From the NCBI GenBank assembly GCA_010015805.1, contig ML978125.1:1240001-1304000 (forward strand): 64,000 nt of DNA. The letters are read 5' to 3'. Of the stretch, positions 56,326-64,000 are shown piece after piece (the stretch's first letter is position 1; every line of letters begins with the position of its first letter). The notes under the pieces are model-generated. The model saw nothing but the letters and a program-made list of their open reading frames with translations, ran no database searches and was not told where the DNA came from. Source of the DNA: Rhizodiscina lignyota (taxonomy: Eukaryota). A program made the translations under genes and the position numbers.

Positions 56326-58842
56326 CTACTGCTCTTTCGTATCGAATTCGAAATCGTCTTCTTCAGTCAGGCTCATCGTCGCGGCCATGCCGCTGAGCCA
56401 CATTTCGTCTTCCAACCCAGTGGCAAAGGAAATGTCGGCACCAGGGTCCATGAGAGCATGAGTTTCGCGCATTAGCAGGACTTTCTCCAGAACGGAAATT
56501 TGCGATGACGGTTGGGTTTCGACTTTGCTGGGTTCCATAGCCCCGACAGTCTCCGCGCCTGCCTCCGTGTTGTCCCACAATCCATTTCTCTTGCAGAATG
56601 CCAGAAACACTTTCCAACAATCATCTGTCTCCAAGACTTCTAAAGATCCGATGACAATAAGTCCTGCCATTGCCCGTGTCAACGCAACATTTTGCCTCTT
56701 CGGTTCATTTATGATCCCAAAGCCGTTTTGCTTGTCCTGTTCCAGAAACCTCGTGCGTGATCTAGTCGTGCACAATATCACAACTCTGCTTTCCAGTCCC
56801 TGAAATGCTTCCATGGGCCCAATATTGACATTGGGCAAGCCAAATTGATCTGACCTTGCGAATCTGCGGAGAAGCCTGACTTGCGCTTGGAAAGGGCTCA
56901 TGATACAGATGTCCTGTTGAGCAACGAGCCCAGATCTTGCCAGAGACAGCGCATATTGGCAGGCTTTCCTGGCTTCTGAAATATTGTACCAGCCACCACC
57001 GTCGTGTTCGATTTCGTCGGGGCCAGTGTTAGGCCATAATAGAACAGGCCACTGTCTGCCTTGCCAACCCTGCCACTTCAACAGCCCATCCGTCTTGGGC
57101 TTATCAGCCTCTGGTACTAGAGTGTCCATGTAAAAGAGAGCGCTCGGAACGGCGAGAATGGCTGGGTGAGATCGATAATTCTGGATGAGATTGGCGAAGG
57201 GCGGACGAAGTATGGGAAGCATATCTTCAGTGAGTACTTTGAGCGGCCGGTACCCTTCTCTGCACCTGGCGAGTGGATGGTCCTTGTAGATGCTTCGACG
57301 GAAGAGGCGCTCGAAGAGACTCGTCTGGATTGCCGCTGAACGAGACGACGTCCGTGGGCCCAATTGTTGATAATCTCCAACCATTACTAGACATGGTGGA
57401 CGTCGAATGAGATGCCTCGAAGAAGGCGGAGCAACGACGGCGAGTGGAATCATTGCCTCCGGTTCAGTGGCTTGTGCAGCTTCATCTATCAGGAGCCCGG
57501 ACCAATGAAGCTTGATCCGTTCGTCTGGTAATTCAAATCGTGACTCCGGATGCAACACCGATCTTAACCTATGTTCCGCACAGGACAGATCGTCATTGGT
57601 GAGTCCAGCCGTGATGAGCATGGATGCATCTCGACATGTGGTAACAACGATTTTGTATCGCATCATTTGCTCCAGCGGAGGCATAGAAAAGAAGGTATCC
57701 TCAATATAGCAGTACGGGAGAAGTGAACTCGGCACCTCCGCAAATGTTCGGGAGGGTGCGCACAACCGGAGAAGATCAGAAGGCTCTAAATGCAACTTCA
57801 ATCGCCGGGCCAAGGTATCAGCTGCAGGATCGGATGGAGCGCACACCAGTAACGCGGACGTGCCACGAGTGACAAGCTGAAGAGCAATTTCAACAACAGT
57901 CTTGGTTTTCCCAGTTCCTGGTGGCCCTGAGATAAGGAAAGGAACTTCGCCATAGTCTTGGCTACAGACCGATTCGACAGCCTTTTGTTGTTCAAAATTG
58001 AGGATCGGATCGTAGAGAATACGTGATATCGTAGCGTTATTCAAACTCTCCTGCCTAGCGCCGTCGGAGTCCTCAGGAAACAACATTCGGGCCGTCCATG
58101 GCCTATCGGTTTCAGGGGTGTCATTCGGTTCTGGGAGAGCTTCTCCAGCACGGTCAGATGGAACAAGAGATTTCCGGATGAGTGTTAGGGCGAGTCGCAT
58201 ATCCTGATAACCCTGAAGATTTGGATGGAAGATGACGTTGAATCTCAGTCCCTCTGGCCGCAAGCCAAGAATTCTCAGTCGAACTAGCTCTTCAGCGCGA
58301 TTCATGCCTTGAACAACGGCATTGTATTGCACACGCCCTGCGACTGTTGGGATGTTTGGCGGAACGTGAAGAAGTTGACGTAAACCAACGCTATCTCCAA
58401 TGGCGATTCGAGGAGAGTTTTCAAGCAAGCCAGGCACCCGAAGCTCACAGAAAAACATGTCTTCTCGGAAAGATACCAAGCTGAGGGGAGCGTCATATAT
58501 ACTGTGATTCTGAAGCTCCTGTATATGTGCCTGTAGTTCCCCAGCAAGAATTATCTCAAAATAGCGCTCATATAGTTCCGGGACAAGAGCCTCTGGCCGA
58601 AGGCGCAAGTGCTGCTGAGATCCATCTGGTTGGAGATAATGTACCCGAGGCCGTGTTGGCTGGAGAAGCGTCCCTAATCGCTGGAAAGTATTGTTTTCTT
58701 TGAGCTGGACAGGTGGTGTTTGAATGATTCGAGTAGCTTCAAAATTGACAGCGATCAACTGCTGTGGGATATACGGGCGGGCGTATACATCAAATGTAGG
58801 CTTTCGCTCGTCAGGCGCCGACTCTGGCGTTTTACCATTCAT
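56326..58842 (-). CDS. SF1 (UPF1-like) RNA helicase, MOV10/SDE3/Armitage-like
   Basis: Motifs GPPGTGKT, DEAAQ, GDYQQLGP, NYRSH, EAFQGLE and NVALTRA; N-terminal VPGLLENSPRIAIGD typical of the MOV10 group. Confidence 0.88.
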   Translation of the reverse strand: MNGKTPESAPDERKPTFDVYARPYIPQQLIAVNFEATRIIQTPPVQLKENNTFQRLGTLLQPTRPRVHYLQPDGSQQHLRLRPEALVPELYERYFEIILAGELQAHIQELQNHSIYDAPLSLVSFREDMFFCELRVPGLLENSPRIAIGDSVGLRQLLHVPPNIPTVAGRVQYNAVVQGMNRAEELVRLRILGLRPEGLRFNVIFHPNLQGYQDMRLALTLIRKSLVPSDRAGEALPEPNDTPETDRPWTARMLFPEDSDGARQESLNNATISRILYDPILNFEQQKAVESVCSQDYGEVPFLISGPPGTGKTKTVVEIALQLVTRGTSALLVCAPSDPAADTLARRLKLHLEPSDLLRLCAPSRTFAEVPSSLLPYCYIEDTFFSMPPLEQMMRYKIVVTTCRDASMLITAGLTNDDLSCAEHRLRSVLHPESRFELPDERIKLHWSGLLIDEAAQATEPEAMIPLAVVAPPSSRHLIRRPPCLVMVGDYQQLGPRTSSRSAAIQTSLFERLFRRSIYKDHPLARCREGYRPLKVLTEDMLPILRPPFANLIQNYRSHPAILAVPSALFYMDTLVPEADKPKTDGLLKWQGWQGRQWPVLLWPNTGPDEIEHDGGGWYNISEARKACQYALSLARSGLVAQQDICIMSPFQAQVRLLRRFARSDQFGLPNVNIGPMEAFQGLESRVVILCTTRSRTRFLEQDKQNGFGIINEPKRQNVALTRAMAGLIVIGSLEVLETDDCWKVFLAFCKRNGLWDNTEAGAETVGAMEPSKVETQPSSQISVLEKVLLMRETHALMDPGADISFATGLEDEMWLSGMAATMSLTEEDDFEFDTKEQ

Positions 58843-60878
58843 TGCAAAATAGGTGTTAGCGAGGAGTGATGAGTTTCGCTGTAAGTTTTAATGGCATGAT
58901 CGAGCTTCCTTTACACCTAAGATATCCAGAGGAGGAACACAGCGGATAGCTCTGATATGGTCGTTGTGCGGCTTGACCATGGTATCCTGCGGTTTCCAAG
59001 AACGCCACATTGATCTGATTGGCTGGGATGGCGCTGAACATGAGAGACCAGCAATCTGGCCTTAACATGAGACCTGAGTGGATGTCTTAATCATGCCCGG
59101 CTACCGATCAAACAATCGTATTAGCCTTTCATTTGAAAGTAGGCGTTTCTGTTCCCTTGCAGTATGGGCAGCACTATCAGCCACTTTACATGAGATCTCA
59201 GATCGGGGTATGGAGACGTGTTGCCATATTTTAAATGGAACCGAAGTAGTCCTTGGTAGTGCTACCGACAGAGCTCAGTTGAAGTGTCTAAGGTTACCAT
59301 TGCGTTTTCGGTAAGGCGTCAACGTACCCAAAAGCGGCGGGACCAGAAATTTCCGACGACGCGGTAACGCGTTACCCATCGTCCACTCATTAGCTCAACT
59401 TTCCCAAGGAGATACGCATTTCTCATTCCGTCTATACTTCTGTGGGTTGATAATACTTTGTGCGCTGTCTTTTCTCGACGATATCCTCGAAACACGTGCA
59501 AAAGGTTGCCCGAAACGCTCGAATACCGAGTTCGCCTGCAAACTGGAATTGACCCCGGCCTGATTTCCCATGCAGACTATGGCTGCTTCACAAGACTTAT
59601 TTATCTTTTTGCGATGTCCTTGCGTAATGAGTTGGATTGACTCAAGGTCGAGCACATGAAGACGGCAAACTCGCGGATTCTACGGGATGGGCGATCATAA
59701 CCATCGAACAGTCCCCTTCAGCATTGTTAGCAAAGCTTTATCAAGCTCTCCAGTTGCAGCCTCGCAGGTTCTGGCTCTGGTCTTGTGAGGCTCTTCAAAC
59801 CTTGCTCTGCTCCTCTGGATCATATATGACACCGGCATTTCCGTTTGTTAGTTCTATTCGATGCACTGTTTCGAGCGATGCGGTTGCCCATTGCTGGCGG
59901 TTTGAGCTTCTGCCAGACTTTCAAACGCATTGATATCTCATATTTCTTTCCTAGCGACATTCTCACACCTACTATTCTTCTATTGTTAGCTCTTTTGCTT
60001 GCCATACAATGAAAGCGCCTTTCGTAATATCTTTGGGTACTACGACCTGAACAGCTTCGCCAAGTGGACATTGGGCTTACCCAATTTCCAAATAGGGCCT
60101 ACCAGATGCTAGTCCAACGTCCAGGAAAGAAGCTTATTGAATCCGACAGGGCAAACATTCATGGCGGATTCCTATGGATGCATCCGTGAGCGATTAGTAC
60201 ATTCGGCTTCCTGGCTACAACTGCCAGCCTGGTGGAGCCTCACATTAGCATTTGTCCATTGTCCGCCCTGAAATTGCAGTTTCTTCCCTCTCTTACTGTC
60301 CTATAAGCGCTCTCCAACGCTTTACCGCATATTGTCTTTTTAGTTCCATTTTTGGCATGGAAACATCAACTTTTTCGCACGAGCGTTTGAATCCCCCGGC
60401 GCAATCTCGCACAATACGATTGGGAGCGTACATCTTGCTATGAGCAAATCGCTCAGAAGGTCGCTCTTGACTGAAAGTGCGGTGCGTGCATAGCCGAATG
60501 CTTTGAGCATTGCGGGTTTGCACATGCAGCTTCGATTGGCCTTCGAGCGTGCGACCGTGAGATATCTCGCTTGGTTTAGCCAAATTGGCGCGAATTCCGG
60601 GAGGCATGGCGAACTTCGTAATGTCTATACGAAGTGCAACCTCAGAGAGCTTGCTTGGTCTCCAAATGTGCTCACATCCATGACTTGTAGTCATTGTGAC
60701 GCGAGACGAACATCTGAAACACTAGTCGTGTGTGTGCCTCTATTGTGTTGAGTCGTAAGTCCTTTCAATTGAGACCACGTCACGTCTGAGCGCGTATTCT
60801 GCTATTCACAGAGCCCGGGCCTGACACAATAGCACCTCCTCCCCGCCACCCCCTCCGAACACAGAACTGAACATATAA

Positions 60879-63086
60879 ATGGACTCACGTACGTTCATCC
60901 TTCCTACTTCTCCTCCATCCTCATATACTCATTTCCAACATCACTCTCACACGGATATTGCTCTCAAACCAGACACACTTCCCATTTCTGACATCCGGGC
61001 CGCGGAAATTCTGCTCAGTTTTAGCTCTCCAAGCCAGTTGTCGATACCCGGATCAGAAAGCACAGGCAAGATGAAGATCAGCCAGCTCATTCACCCCGAA
61101 GACAAGTCACCTACCGAGAAGTTCTCAGCGCTGCGGCGCACAAGCTCTGGCGGTCAAGCCGCCAACTCACTTTCTGGCACCCAACTTGCCAGTACCTATA
61201 TTCCGCTCACATCGGGACTTGACGACGCGGAAAGCGCGCCCTCGTCTCCTCGCTACGGATCTCTCAGCAACGAGAAGACACAAGAAGAGCCAGCACCTCC
61301 TGTCGTGTCGTTGGGTTCATCATTGTCGCCTATCAACAAGCCCGTTGTTACTTCGAACGTGTCAACCACGGCGCCGCTGGGTTCCTCATTCTCTCCGATC
61401 AACAAATCCGTTGCAATCTCCGAGATGGCTACTACCCCCACTACGCCTGCTATGCCGGCTGCTCCGATGACACCGGCAGTCAAGCCTTCTGTAGCCGCTA
61501 CAAGTGTCACGCAACCACACAGCCGTAAGAGATCTTTGCCTGTTAAGGCCACATCGACCCATGCCAGCCACCATCACTCTAGAGACAAACACTTTAGTCC
61601 CAAGAGGCTTACAAAAAGGCTTACAGAAATGGATGTCTATGATGACACACCTCCAGCCCTCACGTCCGCAGTCGACGATGAGTCCGAATCACCGATCCGC
61701 AATAAGGGTAAAGGCAAACTCAAGCTGTCCATGCCCCTACCTGACGATATCCGCGGCGCTCTGGCAGATGTTGAGGATGAAATCGATGACGAAGACGACT
61801 ACGACCTTGACTACGATCAATATCACAAGACTCCGAACAATCGACAAGCGAAACGTAAAGCCCAGCGCGATTCCGCCAAGCTCCGCACACCTACGAAGTC
61901 GCGCGCATACCCCTTCCCTCCCGTATGCATGAGGCCAGGCTGCAACCAATCCGACGGCATTAACTTTCGCTCCTGCGTTCTCGATCTCTTTGGCCGCAAC
62001 AAGAAGGGTACGAAGGCCATGAAACGTTGGCCTCTTTACTGCCGCAAGTGCTATCAGCAGGCCGCGTACAATCGAGCACACTGGCCAATCGCAAAATGTG
62101 GACTTGTCGAAGCAACCTTCCAGTTCATTGAGATGGACGACCCGGGCACGGCCTACACGGTGATGTTGCGCAGCTCGGAGCAGGCGCGACTTGACAAAGC
62201 TGCAAAGATGGGGTTCGATGCATACATTGCTAGCGGCCTAGATAATGCTGCCGAATTGCGACAAGCTACGCCCGAGGAGGATAAAGATGGTGAGGAAATC
62301 TCGATCAGCGACATTAAGCACTCTCGCTTCGGTCGTGAGTCCAAACCCTTCAAGCAGGCGCCCATCCAGATTCTTCAAGATTTTCTTGACAACTTTGGTG
62401 GCAAGAACAAGAGCTTGGATCACTGCCGCGAGGCATTGGCCTGGCTAAGGGAACAGTTCGAACAGGGCATGGTTGACGATCTCCCACGCGTTGAGTTCTT
62501 GCCTGAACTAGAGCGCGCTGAAGCACTGAAGAGGACTCCAGCGAGGAACAAGAAGACTCCAGCCAGTTTCAGCAACACTTCTGCTAGGAGCAAGAAGAGG
62601 AAGACCCCTTCTGATGATGATGCTGACGAGAGCGATGCAACTCAGCCAGAAAGTCCAGAAATTCCTGCTAAGCGAGTTAAGGCTGCTCTACCAACTCCGA
62701 AAAAGACTCCTGCGGCTAACAAGGAGACTTCGGTGAGATCCAGCAACATATCCGCTAGCGACATGAAGATGCAGAGCCCTTCTGAGGATACCGATGATGA
62801 TGAGGCGACTGTGTCAGAATCTTCCGGACACATTGCTAAGCGCATTAAGGCTGCATTGCCAGCTTCTAAGAAGACTCCTGCGAGTAACAAGAAGATTCGG
62901 ACGGATTTCAGTCACATTTCTACCAGCGGCATGAAGAGGAAGAGCCCTTCGGAGGATATTGACGACGACGACGAAGCGACTCTGTCAGAATCTTCTGGAC
63001 GCAATGCTAAGCGCGTTAAGGCTGTATTATCTACTTCGAAGACACCTCTGCCTCCATCTCAATCTGCTCGCAGCAAGTCGATCTGA
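60879..63086 (+). CDS. Hypothetical nuclear protein with Cys-containing fungal domain (ORP1-like) and C-terminal tandem repeats
   Basis: 735-aa ORF. CxxxxC..FGRNKKGTK..YCRKCYQ..PRVEFLP resembles a conserved Pezizomycotina domain (FGRNK.CT..YCRKHYQR); three repeats of about 56-57 aa at the C-terminus. Confidence 0.7.
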   Translation: MDSRTFILPTSPPSSYTHFQHHSHTDIALKPDTLPISDIRAAEILLSFSSPSQLSIPGSESTGKMKISQLIHPEDKSPTEKFSALRRTSSGGQAANSLSGTQLASTYIPLTSGLDDAESAPSSPRYGSLSNEKTQEEPAPPVVSLGSSLSPINKPVVTSNVSTTAPLGSSFSPINKSVAISEMATTPTTPAMPAAPMTPAVKPSVAATSVTQPHSRKRSLPVKATSTHASHHHSRDKHFSPKRLTKRLTEMDVYDDTPPALTSAVDDESESPIRNKGKGKLKLSMPLPDDIRGALADVEDEIDDEDDYDLDYDQYHKTPNNRQAKRKAQRDSAKLRTPTKSRAYPFPPVCMRPGCNQSDGINFRSCVLDLFGRNKKGTKAMKRWPLYCRKCYQQAAYNRAHWPIAKCGLVEATFQFIEMDDPGTAYTVMLRSSEQARLDKAAKMGFDAYIASGLDNAAELRQATPEEDKDGEEISISDIKHSRFGRESKPFKQAPIQILQDFLDNFGGKNKSLDHCREALAWLREQFEQGMVDDLPRVEFLPELERAEALKRTPARNKKTPASFSNTSARSKKRKTPSDDDADESDATQPESPEIPAKRVKAALPTPKKTPAANKETSVRSSNISASDMKMQSPSEDTDDDEATVSESSGHIAKRIKAALPASKKTPASNKKIRTDFSHISTSGMKRKSPSEDIDDDDEATLSESSGRNAKRVKAVLSTSKTPLPPSQSARSKSI
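62529..63045 (+). repeat. Three coding tandem repeats of 168-171 nt
   Basis: Units start at about 62529, 62700 and 62868 (K[KR]TPAxNK..SPSED.DDDEAT.SESSG..AKR.KAAL). Confidence 0.9.
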
Positions 63087-63756
63087 CAGAGTACACACTT
63101 TGCCCAACCATGATGCACTGGGGACGAGAGGTGGCGGCAATACATGTTTCAAGATGAACAGTTCGATCGATATTACGACGTACGAAAATTCCCCAAAGAA
63201 CATTAGCGACTGTGCACAAATGTTGGGGTTTCAAATTGCATGTCTTTGGGCGATGGGATGGGCAACTCACGATACCCTTGGGGGAGGTTTTTTTCTGGGC
63301 TTCCCCTTGGGTTACAAGTATTTGTCGATTTTCTTCTTTGACTGGAATGGTCGTGTTTCTCAAGGCTTTGGGTTTTGTTCAAATTTGTTTTACAGTACGA
63401 TGCGTTGGTTCTCTGAGAGAACAATGTCTCTCAGCTACATCACGGAATGGATGAGGTACGGACCATGGCAACTCTGCCAGTCATCGGCTCTTTTACGGAA
63501 TTTCCTGTTTTTAACCCACACCACGGGCTTTCATGAGGCACAATTTTCGCTCCGAAGTGTGTCGAGGACATGATGTGCATGGGCGGTGTATACAGGCGTT
63601 GGTAATTCAATACGGGGGTTGGATTTTAAGTGTTTATTTTACATCTCGTGCATCCGCCAGAGTTACTTAATTGTACAAGCGCCATCTTCCACCATCTTAC
63701 AGAACGTGAATGGCATTAAGTACCTTCCCAATCATCAGAGGAGGAAATGACTCTCT

Positions 63757-64000
63757 TCAGAAGCCCAGATCTGCACCGACAGTCCGCCGCCGCTCCCGTT
63801 CGAGCGTACGCGCTGGCGGGCGTCGCAGGAATTCTGCAGCTATGACCGAGGCAGCAACGCTGACGTTCAGGCTATCAACGCCAACATCATGCGGCCGTTT
63901 TGCTGCAGTCATTGACACAAGGTAATCCGCATGAGCAGATAACGTCTTGCGCAGACCCCTGCCTTCTCCACCAAAGAGCAACAAGCACGGATGTTGCACG
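63757..64000 (-). CDS. SpoU/TrmH rRNA methyltransferase (MRM1-like), 3' end; 5' part outside window
   Basis: SPOUT motifs LLFGGEGRGL and VDSLNVSVAA. Confidence 0.85.
   Translation of the reverse strand, partial: VQHPCLLLFGGEGRGLRKTLSAHADYLVSMTAAKRPHDVGVDSLNVSVAASVIAAEFLRRPPARTLERERRRTVGADLGF

Noticed and set aside
62959..63573. 204-aa ORF overlapping the end of the 60879 gene
   Set aside because: Out-of-frame overlap running into low-complexity 3' UTR sequence with a non-ATG start.

Overview
Gene-dense genomic DNA from a filamentous ascomycete (Pezizomycotina). Evidence is short GT-AG introns with CTRAY branch sites and typical fungal genes; Dothideomycete-like is only an impression. Core genes: TOP2, an APSES/Xbp1-type transcription factor, GEN1/YEN1 resolvase, COQ7, RTF1, a MOV10/SDE3-like RNA helicase and the 3' end of an MRM1-like rRNA methyltransferase. 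Accessory blocks: (i) a detoxification-like run at 17.8-26.8 kb (enoyl reductase, three GSTs of three classes, Zn2Cys6 factor, RTA1 protein); (ii) an FMO; (iii) small secreted peptide genes or pseudogenes at 45-46 kb; (iv) a MOT1 molybdate transporter, MFS pump, divergent histone-fold gene, Fe-ADH and MOSC protein at 46.6-56.2 kb. The most unusual signals are a 735-nt, heavily self-complementary intron in the omega-like GST (competing helices, a stop-introducing alternative acceptor, 10-bp flanking direct repeats) and a knottin-like peptide gene whose required splice donor reads TTAAGT rather than GTAAGT. I recognised no tRNA, rRNA, CRISPR array or intact transposon. Exon boundaries were read by eye and family calls come from motif recognition, not database searches.
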